NCBI GenBank assembly: GCA_951406725.2
Contig: OX597829.1
Location: forward strand, 52,328,001 to 52,392,000
DNA: 64,000 nt
Direction: 5' to 3'
Origin: Octopus vulgaris
Taxonomy: Eukaryota
Within the stretch, counting starts at the first letter, position 1, and each line of letters opens with the position of its first letter. The notes beneath the pieces are model-generated. The model saw nothing but the letters and a program-made list of their open reading frames with translations. It was not told the DNA's origin and did not search any database. Shown one piece after another: positions 38,580 to 51,800 of the stretch. The translations under genes and the position numbers were made by a program.

Positions 38580-39240
38580 CTATGTGTGGAAGGTTCAAAA
38601 GTACAATAAACACTAAAAATATACAGAAAATAGACTCCAGCAAATACCAGAGGGCAAAGTTAGAAGTACTCGATAGCTTCCATTACCTAGGTTACCAGGT
38701 CAGTAGGGGAAGTAGATGCTCCAAGAGCATAGCTGCTGGAATAAGAATAGATTGGGTAAAGTTCAGAGAACTCCTACCTCTCCTGGCATCAAAGGGCCTC
38801 TCGCTCAGAGTGAAAAGCTGATTGTATGGCACCTGTGTGCAGACAGACATGCTACACAGCAGTGAAACATGGGCTGTGGACATGCAAAGGCTTGAAAGAA
38901 ATTAAGCTAATATGCTTCACTGGATGTGCTATGTCAGTCTGTGTATATGATAGAGTTTAAGCATCTTGAGAGAAAAGTTGGACTTAAGAGGCATCAGGTG
39001 TGGTGTGCAAGAGAGACAAATGCGCTGGTATGGTCATGTGTTGCGTATGGATGAGGTCAGCTGTGTAAAGAAGTGTCAATCTCTAACCGTGGAGGGAACC
39101 TGTGGAAGAGGTAGACCTAGGAAGACATGGAACGAGGTGGTGAAGAATGATCTTTGAACCTTGGGCCTCACGGAGGCAATGACAAGTGACCAAGTCATTT
39201 GGAGATATGCTGTGCTTGAGAGGACTCATTAAACCAAGTG
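38580..39240 (+). pseudogene. RTE-clade LINE 3' fragment
   Basis: DSFHYLG, KFRELLPLL, RWYGHVLRMD, GRGRPRKTW motifs with stops; runs into a family C tail. Confidence 0.85.
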
Positions 39241-39903
39241 AAATCACAATTGTGACTGATGTCAGTGACACATGAAAAGCACCTTTTCAATGTTGGGTTG
39301 CCTGGAGGTGATGACAAGTGACCGAGACCTTTGGCAATATGCCATGCATGAGAAGACCTGTCAAGCCAAGTGAGATCATAGTTGTGGCCAATGTTGGTGT
39401 CATGTAACTGGCATCTGTGTCACGGGCATCTAAAAAGCACCCATTACATTCTTGTTGTGGTTGGTGATAGGAAGGACACACAGCCATTGAAACCATACCA
39501 AATCAGACTGGAACCTGGTGTAGTCCTCCAGCCTCAAACTGTCTAACCCATGCCAGCTAAATGTTGATGATGACGATGATGATGATGACGATATATATGT
39601 AATATGTGTGTGTATGCATCGTCATCATCATCATCATCACATCATCCTTTAACGTCTGTTTTCTATGCTAGCATGTGTTGGACAGCTGACATATATATAT
39701 ATAACGGGAAGGTTTACGAAAATAAACAAAAGACGAAGGCAGGTGGAGTACAAACAAACAATTGTATTAGTATGGCGCTCAGGAATAGAAATAAAACAAG
39801 TCTTTTACGTTTCGAGCCTACGCTCTTCGACAGAAAGATACACAGAAAAGAAACAAGGAGAGAAAAAATTGCGTGTAGGGGCTAACGATTCAACATGGCG
39901 TTC

Positions 39904-39938
<35 letters not shown>

Positions 39939-39990
39939 TTTGCAATCTGGCAGCTCTTTTATATGGAATTTCATTTGTCCTTTTGAACCA

Positions 39991-40073
39991 AAGCCCTGAA
40001 GAGACTTTTATACATAGATATGAATTGTTTGTAAATCAAATAATGTATATAAGTTGAAACAAATTGTTGGGTT
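39991..40073 (+). ncRNA. Type I hammerhead ribozyme, intact core, predicted cleavage after GUU (40068)
   Basis: aagcc CTGAAGA gactt t tatacat..atgtata t aagtt GAAA c aaatt GTT gggtt. Confidence 0.7.
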
Positions 40074-40292
40074 AATTTGTTTTTTTTTTTTAATTGGTTA
40101 TGTTATATTTTATAATAAATTATAATGTAATAAATTGCTAGATAGTCGATTGCATTTCTCTATTTAACTTGTAATTTGTAATTTGTATTTACATCCCTGA
40201 TGATGATGTTTCTGTGGTATTCAACTGCCATACCAGTGAATTGGATGTTTTACATCCCTTTAAAGCAATCGTTTTTTCCTTCTTTTGTTACA

Positions 40293-40369
<77 letters not shown>

Positions 40370-40387
40370 TGTATATATATATATATA

Positions 40388-40780
40388 CAGGGTGTGATGA
40401 ATATATTGTCTACATTATGCAAGAATGAAAATTACACTGACATCTCATCTTAACAGATATATTTACCAAAATTACATAAAAAATATTTTGAAATACTAAA
40501 GAGTAAATTTATTCAATAAAATTGCCATTGGCTTCACCCACAGCCTCCAGACAACTTTGGAATCTCCTGCAACTCTTCTGGATGGTCTCCTTAGTTTAAG
40601 TTGGTGAATGCTGCCATAATCCTTGCCTTCAGTTCATCTTTGGTATTACAAGGAGTTTTGTTGGTCTCTTGCTCAACTGCACCCCACACATAATAATCAA
40701 AGGGGTTAGATGGCCAGATGTTAGGGATGATGTGGTTGCAGAAATTGTCTGACAGCCATGACTAGGTTCTCCTGCTTGTG
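40388..40780 (-). pseudogene. Tc1/mariner-superfamily transposase C-terminal relic with one TIR
   Basis: ta|cagggtgtgatg terminus; minus strand WPSNPFDYYVWGA (degenerate WPPxSPDLNPLDYxxW). Confidence 0.7.
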
Positions 40781-41120
40781 TGGCATGGAGCCTGGTACAG
40801 CCTCTGACTTGCCAGCCCCCAGTCAAACCCTCCAACCCATACAGCATGGAAAGTAGACGTCAAACAATGATGATGATGATATATACATACATACATATAT
40901 ATATATATATTCTTTTATTCTTTTACTTGTTTCAGTCATTTGACTGTGGCCATGCTGGAGCACCGCCTTTAGTTGAACAAATCGAACCCAGGACTTATTC
41001 TTTGTAAGCTTAGTACTTATTTTATCGGTCACTTTTGCTGAACTGCCAAGTTACAGAGATGTAAACACACCAACACTGGCTGTCAAGTGATGGTGGGAAG
41101 ACAAACACAGACACACACAC

Positions 41121-41155
<35 letters not shown>

Positions 41156-42985
41156 TGATGAGCTTCTTTCTGTTTCTGTCTACCAAATCCACTCACAAGG
41201 CTTTGGTCAGCCCAAGGCTATTGTAGAAGACCCTTGCCCAAGGTGCCACACAATGGGACTGAACCTGGAACCATGTGGTTGGGAAGCAAGCTTCTTACCA
41301 CATAGCCACACTGCGCCTATTGAATTTATGTATATGTTGTATGTGATGGCAGCTGCAGCAACTTTAGCAAGTAAATATGTATACGTGTGTGTGCAAATAT
41401 GTGTGCATGTATGTGTGTGTGTCTTTGTATCTGTGTTTGTTCCCAACCACAACTTGACAACTGATGTTGGTGTATTTGTGTCCCCATAACTTAAAGGTTT
41501 GCCAAAATGGACTGATAAAATAAGAAACAGACTTGAAAAAAAACAGTTTTGAGCTTGAATCGTTTCACTCAAATTTTTCAAGGCAGTGCCCCTGCATGGC
41601 CTCAGTCAAATGACTGAAACAAATAAATGTGTATACATATAAAGCTGTTTCACATCTGTTTTTGTTTTATTAATGAACAAATCAATTACATCATATAAAA
41701 AAAACCCATCATCTTAAAATTTAACATTTAGGAATTTTCGCACAAAATATATAGAATGCAGCTCTGAGGTGAGAGAGTCAATATGCATTCTATACTCTTC
41801 ATGTGAAAAATCTCAAATGTTAAACTTTATCTTCATTTTTAATTCACCTGAATTTTTTTTTTTGCATGATGTAATTAGTTTGCTCATAAAGAACGTGTCA
41901 GGAACAGCTGTGGTGAAACTCAACCCATGTGTGTTATTATTTATGCAACACCACATTTGGAACCTTCCCTGTGTTGGAGCTTGAACCTACAGTGGACCAT
42001 GGACTGCATACCAAAATATACTCTTGTGTGGTTTTATGTATATGTTGAGTGTATTCGGTCTATGTGAAACTCGAAGGATAAATCTGTATTTGCTTTAGTA
42101 AATATGTGAGTAAACATGGGTATGCTGTCCGCAACTCTACCTTGATGTCTTTGTTATTAAAATACCTCGATTCTATTAAATTCTGCAGATTATGTGTACT
42201 CATGAAACTTGTGGGTAAGGGGCTAGTCAATTACATTGACCCCAGTGATTGATTGGTGCTTATTTCATCAACCCTGAAAGGATGAAAGTCAAAGTTGACT
42301 TTGGTGGTATTTGAACTCAGAACATAAAGACAGATGAAATGCCACTAAACAGTTTGTCTGGTATCCTAATGATTCTGCCAGCTCTCCACCTTTAGGCAAC
42401 AACAACAATGATAAATGCCCTGATGCAGTACCAGCCAGTGGCTCTCGTGGCTTCTGATCTTAACTGATTGGAAGTGTTATCATGTACATTGTTTTGTCTT
42501 GGTATAAAAGATGGGCTACAGCAAATATTCTGCTCAATACCACAGATTTGCTTGTCAGTTGTTTGACCGTAACCAGTTGAGCATGTCCCTTAGTGGCTGA
42601 CGATATGTGCATCTTTGATCACAAGCAGAAGTAGTAGGAGAGCATCATAGCCATGTGTTGAGAGGGATTCTTTGGGGTTTGGCTAATTCACCTTTGGAAA
42701 CATGTGTGTTTCATTCAACAAGCTTAAACAACCCTTACATGATAAAACCTTTTGAGTGAGATGGGTTACTCAACCAGAAGAAGATTCTAACTGGGCCCCA
42801 CCTACAAGGTCATGCGCTATTTATCTTGATATGAGATCACCATGTCACACACATATGGCTGTGATGCATGTGCCTGGTGTACCATTATCAGACGGGTAGT
42901 TATGATGGGTATACTGAGCTTCATATATTTGTACTCCAGTGTCACTTTGATGGCATGCACTGCTCTCTCACTCAATGATGATAAC

Positions 42986-43535
42986 TGGGAACTATGTAGA
43001 AAGCTAGGATTTGACCATACTGATAAATGGTATGAACATGAACCTAGCAAAGTACTAGAAAGTAATAAATATAAGATGTGGGACTTTAACATTCAGACGG
43101 ACAGAGTAATAAAAGTTAGAAGGCCTGGTGTAGTAGAAGTAGACAAAGAGAATAGAAAGAGCCAGATAATTGACTTTACAGCCCCAAATGATGAAGGAAT
43201 CAATATGAGAGGTAAAGAAAAAAATAGCAAAGTACCTGGACCTAGCCATTGAATTACAAAGATTATGGAAAGTGGGGGTAAAATGTATCCCAGTAGTTAG
43301 AGGTGCATTGGGAACTATCCCTAAAGAGCTGTACAGATGGATAGAGGAAATAGGGATAAAACCCAGTTTAGTACAGTTGCAGAAAACAGTGTTGTTAGGG
43401 ACAGCTAGGATACTAAGGAGGGTTCTTGGCATCTAAGGTTACTTGTTGTAGTCCAATATTTGGATTTTTTAATTTTCCAACAGTCTAATCTGTTGTGAGT
43501 ATATGAATAATAACAACAACAACAATAATAATAAT
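42986..43535 (+). pseudogene. R4/Dong-like non-LTR retrotransposon 3' end
   Basis: WELCRKLG..KWYEHEP..WDFNIQTDRVI..RRP..IIDF, then LQKTVLLGTARILRRVLGI*, (TAA/CAA)n tail. Confidence 0.82.
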
Positions 43536-44598
43536 AAAAACAGATGATACAGTCATGGTTGGAATGCTTTTGATGATAGGTCTCCTCATTTAGAGTTGAT
43601 TTTGTTGGATTGGCAAATAACAACAATTGATAATGCAAAACATTATTTTGCTAAACCTCCTCCAAATCTATTATTATTGAAAAAAAAAAAAATTTTTAAA
43701 AAAGAAGAAAAAAAGAAATGATGGAAACTATATTTTTTTGAAATAAGTAAAGAATTGTGCACCTTTAGATATTTTAATTTAAATTTATTTTAATTCTAAT
43801 GTTAATTTAGCAAATGTTAACTTTTCAAGAGATCCTCCACAAGAAAGAGAAATGGTTTGCTGGCTGAGGACAGAAATTTTGCAGGTATCGAGTGAAACAG
43901 AGTAGTAACAGACAGCTATTGCAACTGTCTCTGCCTCCTCCTGTCACATCCACAATGTTCTGCAAAATCAGAAGCACGAGGGGAGGGGAAGGGTAAAAGC
44001 TAGGAGGAACATGTCTACATCTGCTCATGACTATATAAGCACCTAAACCAATTAGTGAAAGCATGGTGCAAGTTACCAGGTCGTGCCTCCTTGCAAGCGA
44101 GGGTTAAGTAATAGCATAAACAAATACATACAGGTAGTGAAGGTATGTGGTTTACTGGTTAGGGTGTTCAGCTCATGATTGTAAGATAGTAAGTTCAATT
44201 CCTGGCAATGCATTGTGCCCTTGAGCAAGACACTTTATTTCCCCTCAGCTGGCAAAAATTACTTGTACCTGTATTGCAAAGGTGCCAGCTTTGTCACACT
44301 CTGTCTCATACTGAATCTCTCAGAGAACTATGCTAAAAATACGCATGTTTGTGGAATGATCAACCACTTTCAAGTTAATTTCACAAGCAGGTTCCTCTGT
44401 TGAGTTTTAAATACATACAAGCAAATGTATGGTTGTCGAGGTAAAGAAGCTTGCTCTATGACCATGTGGTTTCAGGTTCAGTCCCACTGTATGGCATCTT
44501 GAGCAAATGTCTTCTACTATACTTCTGGGATAACCAATGCCTTGTGAGTGAATTTGGGACATGGAAAACTGTATGGCAAGCCATCATATATACACACT

Positions 44599-44630
<32 letters not shown>

Positions 44631-44804
44631 CTCTCTAACACATATACAAACACGTGTTTGTGTATATGCATGTGTGTGTGTGTGTGTGTGCGTTTGAATT
44701 TGTAATTGTTTCACACTAAAACTTCTCAATTAGTGTAAGATTGTTTATTCCTGTCAATTATTGGTTTTGTAAAAAAAGAACTATAAAAAACAAATAATTA
44801 CTAG

Positions 44805-46640
44805 AGCTGATTGTTCAACTAAAACCCTTCAAGGTGGTGCCCCAGCATGGCCACAGTCCAATGACTGAAACAAGTAAAAGATAAAAGATATACTGCGATT
44901 GATTTGTTCAGCTAAAACCCTTCAAGGTGGTGCCCCAGCATGGCCACAGTCCAATGACTGAAACAAGTAAGAGATAAAAGATATACTGGGATTGATTTGT
45001 TCAACTAAAACCCTTCAAGGTGGTGCCCCAGCATGGCCACAGTCCAATGACTGAAACAAGTAAGAGATAAAAGATATACTGGGATTGATTTGTTCAACTA
45101 AAACCCTTCAAGGTGGTGCCCCAGCATGGCCACAGTCCAATGACTGAAACAAGTAAAAGATAAAAGATATACTGGGATTGATTTGTTCAAGTAAAACCCT
45201 TCAAGGTGGTGCCCCAGCATGGCCACAGTCCAATGACTGAAACAAGTAAAAGATAAAAGATATACTGGGATTGATTTGTTCAACTAAAACCCTTCAAGGT
45301 GGTGCCCCAGCATGGCCACAGTCCAATGACTGAAACAAGTAAAAGATAAAAGATATACTGGGATTGATTTGTTCAACTAAAACCCTTCAAGGTGGTGCCC
45401 CAGCATGGCCACAGTCCAATGACTGAAACAAGTAAAAGATAAAAGATATACTGGGATTGATTTGTTCAACTAAAACCCTTCAAGGTGGTGCCCCAGCATG
45501 GCCACAGTCCAATGACTGAAACAAGTAAAAGATAAAAGATATACTGGGATTGATTTGTTCAGCTAAAACCCTTCAAGGTGGTGCCCCAGCATGGCCACAG
45601 TCCAATGACTGAAACAAGTAAGAGATGAAAGATATACTGGGATTGATTTGTTCAACTAAAACCCTTCAAGGTGGTGCCCCAGCATAACAGTCCAATGACT
45701 GAAACAAGTAAAAGATAAAAGATATACTGGGATTAATTTGTTCAAGTAAAACCCTTCAAGGTGGTGCCCCAGCATGGCCACAGTCCAATGACTGAAACAA
45801 GTAAAAGATAAAAGATATACTGGGATTGATTTGTTCAACTAAAACCCTTCAAGGTGGTGCCCCAGCATGGCCACAGTCCAATGACTGAAACAAGTAAAAG
45901 ATAAAAGATATACTGGGATTGATTTGTTCAACTAAAACCCTTCAAGGTGGTGCCCCAGCATGGCCACAGTCCAATGACTGAAACAAGTAAAAGATAAAAG
46001 ATATACTGGGATTGATTTGTTCAACTAAAACCCTTCAAGGTGGTGCTCCAACATGGCCACAGTCCAATGACTGAAACAAGTAAAAGATAAAAGATATACT
46101 GGGATTGATTTGTTCAACTAAAACCCTTCAAGGTGGTGCTCCAGCATGGCCACAGTCCAATGACTGAAACAAGTAAAAGATAAAAGATATACTGGGATTG
46201 ATTTGTTCAACTAAAACCCTTCAAGGTGGTGCCCCAGCATGGCCACAGTCCAATGACTGAAACAAGTAAAAGATAAAAGATATACTGGGATTGATTTGTT
46301 CAACTAAAACCCTTCAAGGTGGTGCTCCAGCATGGCCACAGTCCAATGACCGAAACAAGTAAAAGATAAAAGATATACTGGGATTGATTTGTTCAAGTAA
46401 AACCCTTCAAGGTGGTGCCCCAGCATGGCAACAGTCCAATAACTGAAACAAGTAAAAGATAAAAGATATACTGGGATTGATATGTTCAACTAAAACCCTT
46501 CAAGGTGGTGCCCCAGCATGGCCACAGTCCAATGACTGAAACAAGTAAAAGATAAAAGGTATACTGGGATTGATTTGTTCAACTAAAACCCTTCAAGGTG
46601 GTGCCCCAGCATGGCCACAGTCCAATGACTGAAACAAGTA
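44805..46640 (+). repeat. Tandem array of ~20 x 93-bp units derived from the family A SINE tail
   Basis: Unit gattgatttgttcaactaaaacccttcaaggtggtgccccagcatggccacagtccaatgactgaaacaagtaaaagataaaagatatactgg; near-identical copies. Confidence 0.95.
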
Positions 46641-48000
46641 TAATATAATATATATACACATGTAGATATAAATATAAAAGTGTGTGTGTTTATGTGCCTG
46701 TTTGTTTGTGTTTTGTGTGTGTGTGTGTGTGTGTGTGTTTGTGTGCATATGTGTGTGTATGTATTCGTGTGTGCATATGTATGTATGTGTCTTCAGGGAT
46801 GCTTATGTGTGCTTGTGTGTGTGTGTGTCTGTGTATACAATACTCAACTACACTAAACACAGAATGGATAACATAAGCTAATTTGCATTCCTAACTAATT
46901 AAAACAGAGCATTCGTTAATGCCATGTTTCACTGATTTTGAGTCAGTTGAGTTTCCCTCATAGTGGTCATCCTGCAAAAACGATCATTGCAAATTAATTA
47001 AACCCTAATGAATCAAATTATAAAACCAGAAGTAAAAGATTTAAGCCACTGCCAGATAAATTTTTTTTAGAAACAATGTTGTGTAAGGTTGTTTTTATTG
47101 TTCTTGTTTAACCCTAGGTCAGCCCTAATTGAGCAGAGCTAACAACATCACAGGTGTTTCTACTAAGACCACCCCATCTTGTATTTTTCTGGAACATCAT
47201 TATATTCAAAATTTCATTTTTTCCATTTGGTTTGCATGATACCTACTTTGAATTCATGTGTGGAAACATATTCTAAAGTATGTCCAAATGGAAGCAGTGG
47301 GTAGGCAGAACTGCTAGCATGCAGTGGGAAATGCTTAGTGGCATTTCTTCCGTCTTTACACTCTGAGTTCAAATTCCACTGAGGTCACCTTTGCCTTTCA
47401 TCCTTTTGGGGTCGATAAAATAAGAACCAGTTGATCACTGGGGTTGATGTAATTGACCCATTCCCCTTGCTAACTTGATGGCCTTGTACCAAAATCTGAA
47501 ACCAATGTGTCTCAGGAGGGTCATTATGCCAATAACAAACACATGCACTGGTTTTATTTCACTTTATTTTTTTATTTGTCAATTAGTTGACTATTTAATC
47601 AGTTATGTAATTGATTTTTTTTTTATTAATCATTTGGTAATTCAATCAGTCAGATTGTCAAAGCCCTTTTGTTGCCTTTCATGACCACATCATTGACAGG
47701 CTCTCTCTACCCCATTTCTGCAAGAATCGGCAAGTGTGTTTGTTATTGGCACAATGGCTCCTGAGATATAATGAAATTATTCAAAATGTTTTTAAGATGG
47801 CAAGGTGTGATTTCCGGAAGAGTTGACTGCTGTTTTTAGCAGATTGGACAAACAAAAATACAGGATTTCTTATTGATGCATTAACTTTATTTATTTATTT
47901 GCTTATTTACTTATTATTCATTTATTTATTATTATATATTATTTCAGAAATACTAAATTTCTAAATCTCTCGTAGAGACATGTATGGTGGTGGGGCGATA

Positions 48001-48248
48001 GAATGGTTGTATACTGTCAATCTAACACGAACATGACAGTACACCACCGCTGTTTAGCCCTAGGAAGCATCGACGCCTCCTGATGGCTTTGACACATTTT
48101 TCCTGTGTCCTTATATACATTTACGAAGGACACAGGAAAAAATGTGTCAAAGCCATCAGGAGGCGTCGATGCTTCCTAGGGCTAAACAGCGGTGGTGTAC
48201 CCCCCCCTACTGTCACGTTCGTGTTAGATTGACAGTATACAACCATTC
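48001..48248. mobile_element. Fold-back MITE with TA flanks (near-perfect 248-bp hairpin)
   Basis: Arms 48001-48112 and 48126-48248, 13-nt loop, TA on both sides. Confidence 0.88.
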
Positions 48249-48384
48249 TATATATTATTTATTTATGTATTATTATTTATTTATTATTTATATATGTATT
48301 TATTTATTCATTATTATCTATTTATTTAATATTATTTACATTATTTACATTTGACGGATATTTGTCCTCACCTTGTTTTTTGTT

Positions 48385-48427
48385 AACACATTTTGGCTGA
48401 TATACCCTCCAGCCTTCATCAGGTGTC
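48385..48427 (-). ncRNA. Degenerate hammerhead relic
   Basis: Minus strand gacac CTGATGA a ggctg..cagcc aaaat gtgtt; the GAAA-UH part is damaged. Confidence 0.4.
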
Positions 48428-48476
48428 TTGGGGAAATTTCAAACTTGGGTTCGCATTCCTAAGGTATTTTTCGATG

Positions 48477-48526
<50 letters not shown>

Positions 48527-48599
48527 TAGGCCACTGCCTGGAATCGAACTTGGGATCTTGGGGTTAGTAGCCTGCGTTCTTAACCACTATGTCATAGAA

Positions 48600-48771
48600 C
48601 TGTATTATTTAATATTATTTATCATTCATTTATTATCATTTACTTATTATTTATCTATTTTATTTATTTATTTATTTATCATTTATTTATTATTATTTAT
48701 TTATTATTTATTTATTTATCATTTATTTATTATTATTTATTTATTATTTATTTATTTATTATTATTTATTT

Positions 48772-48802
<31 letters not shown>

Positions 48803-48803
48803 T
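48600..48803. repeat. (TTTA/TTA)n low-complexity tract
   Basis: Direct reading. Confidence 0.9.
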
Positions 48804-51800
48804 ACACTGTAATTCATTAACAGTAATGTTCTTGGTTCCAGTTTTCCAATGGGCTGGACATGGGTTCACAACACTTAGTGACAAGGGATTCTCTCACCTG
48901 ATGCAAGAGACTAAATTTGTAAAACACCTGCTTTCACTCTTTTGCTGATGTTTATATCATATATTGTTACAAATTGGTAAAAGAGACACACACATACACA
49001 CACACTCACATGTACACACACACACAAACATACAAACACACAATATCAATGTATAGGTTTGTGATAGGGTATTTGATATGAGTTGATGCCTACCAAATTT
49101 TGGTCCTCGGTCATCATACCATTTCATTCATGGGGACCTCTGGAAACTTAACATTGCTAAAGCTGTGAGACCATAGAATAAATTGGTATTTGAATAAAAG
49201 TAGATTTAAACTGATTTGGAAAAAGTCCATATGTATGACAAAAAAATATATGGCCTCCATTTTTTCTTTTTCTTTTTTTACTAACACATTATTGATTGTT
49301 GCTGCTGTTGTTTCTGTTTATGACACAACCATGAGTAAACCAACAATCAAAAGTATTCTAACCATGACAGCACCATCTGTTTGTTTTGTTTTGTCTTTTT
49401 AAATCAATAAGATCTTCCTTGAGTTGTAGGAATAATACAGCTGGTTATTCAGTTCCCTGGTTTCAGGGTATTTAACCCTTTAGCATTCATATTAATTTGG
49501 CAAAAATAATCCTTATTTATTCACATTAAAAAATTTTATCTGATATTATTTTGTAGCTTCAAGACAGGAAAGATGTAATTGCTTATTTTTAGAATGACAT
49601 TACAGAGTAGGTGTGAGATGCTGTTTCAGGCCAGCTTGAGCATAAAATTTGTAGAATATTTGAGCCGGATACAGCCGGTTTAAACACTAAAGGGTTAAGT
49701 GACTGAGATCACAACAAGCCCCTGAACAGGATGCCAGTGCATCACAGGGTCACTAATAACATAGCTTAGTGGACTGGACCAATGTGAAAAGAAAGGCTTT
49801 TGCTCAAAAACACAGTGCACCACCCAATTCAGGAATTGAAACCTTGATCTTGCAAACACAAGTGCAACTCTCTAACAACTAGGATATTTTCTATCAGACA
49901 GTATATTATCTAAAATAATAATACATCAAGGGTCAGGGAATTTTTTGAACCAATTACCCCAACATATATTTATTTATGCCAATGTTACCCCCTTGATTTG
50001 AAAGGAAGAAAATCAGAGATTCTTTGAATTCAAAAGTTTGATTGAATCTATTTATATGGAAAATACAATAATAAATATAAAAAGTATAAAACAAATGCAA
50101 TAAAATAAAATAATATCCTGATTTGGAAACAAAAGGATTTTTCTAGAAATTTTTTTGCTTCAAGTTTTTGAGAAAAGATTTTGTTTAATTTTTGTTACAA
50201 ATACATCAAAATTGGTGCATTTTGATGCCAGAGCAATTTGGATACAGTCTTCGTGGTCCAATGGATTACTTTACTTTGTTTTTATGTTCATTAGGCTGGA
50301 AAATCCTTGTTTGCAAAGGTAGGTTGGATTAAGCAAAGGAATGTATCTAAACATCACTTCATATCTGCCATACCTGCCATACTTGCCATCATATCTGCTA
50401 CTGTATAACACATATCAGGATGAGCATGCAATCATTGGAATGACTATTTGAGCAGTAAAGGAGTGTGTGTGTGTGTACGAGACTGCAGTTTCATTTACAC
50501 TGAAGCTGGACAACGTTCTGTCCAGACGTCTACAACACTCTGTGAATTGGCACTCAAAGCAACAGACACTATTTATAGGCTTATTACTAAGAACAATCTT
50601 GAAGGATCTGGAGAAACAACCACAGGAAAATTGGCTGCTGCTTGGCTGATAACTCAGCCTCACATGTGACAGAGTCAAGCTGCATCGTTGCTTGACATTC
50701 GTAATGTGGTGACTCAGATTCAAGTCTCTCTACATATGCATGTGTATGTATATATGTACATATAGATATAGGGTAATGTTTTTGGTGTACTTTATTAATG
50801 TTTTTTTTTAAGCTTTATTGGGGAGAGATTGAGGCACTAGCAACAACCAGCATGAACCACAATGTTGTGAAGGTTGCAAAATCAAAACTTCATATGCAAA
50901 ATTCAAGTATTTTAATGTATTTTAGTGTGTTTGCATGACATGCTCATGCTGTTGAAGGTTTGGGTTGGTTGGTTGTATTTTGATTTTCTTTGATATTGGC
51001 TTGTAAAAAGGGAGACCCTGGATCAAAGAGGTACACCTTTAACCCCTTAGCATTGAGATTATTTTGTCAAATGTAATGCTTATTTATTCTTGTTGTTTTG
51101 AATTAATTGCGCATTATCTCAAAGCTTTGAGATTTTGATGATGTGACTGTTTAATTTTAGAATGACAGCTCTGGGTAGGTATGAGAAGTTGGATCTGGCC
51201 AATTTAAGTATAAAAAGGTAGAATATTTGGGCCAGATATGGCCAGTATAACCCTTTAGCATTCAGATTACTCTTTCAAATGTAAAATTTATTTACATAGG
51301 ATTCAATTAATTCTACATTATGTCATAGCTTCAAGATTTCAAAGATGTGATTGTTCATTTTTAGAATGACATTGTAAGGTAGGTGTGAGAGACTGGATCT
51401 GGTCAATTTGAACATAGAATCATGTATAAAATTTGGGACAGCTTAAATGCTAAATGGTTACTCTGAGTAAGGCGGCGAGCTGGCAGAATCGTTAGCACGT
51501 CGGGCGAAATGCTCAGCAGTATTTCGTCTGTCGCTATGTTCTGAATTCAAAGTCCGCCGAGGTTGACTTTGCCTTTCATCCTTTCGGGGTCGATTAAATA
51601 AGTACCAGTTACACACTGTGGTCGATATGATCGACTTAATCCGTTTATCTGTCCTTGTTTGTCCCTCTGTGTTTAGCCCCTTGTGGGTAGTAAAGAAATA
51701 GGTTACTCTGAGTTTTTAAATGACTTAAGCAAAGTTGATGTAGTTTGACAGTAGTGCCTGAAGGAAGAAGGATATGAGTATGATGTCATTTGCATATGAG

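Noticed and set aside
43825-44080. Exon-like unique block
   Set aside because: All three + frames hit stops and no protein family is recognisable; kept only as a weak candidate.
44805-46640. CRISPR-like regular array
   Set aside because: Units are contiguous and near-identical with no unique spacers; eukaryotic context; no cas genes; the unit equals a SINE tail.
50296-50720. Micro-exon reading AGKSLFA (P-loop-like) and following unique sequence
   Set aside because: Too short; no flanking exons complete a nucleotide-binding domain.
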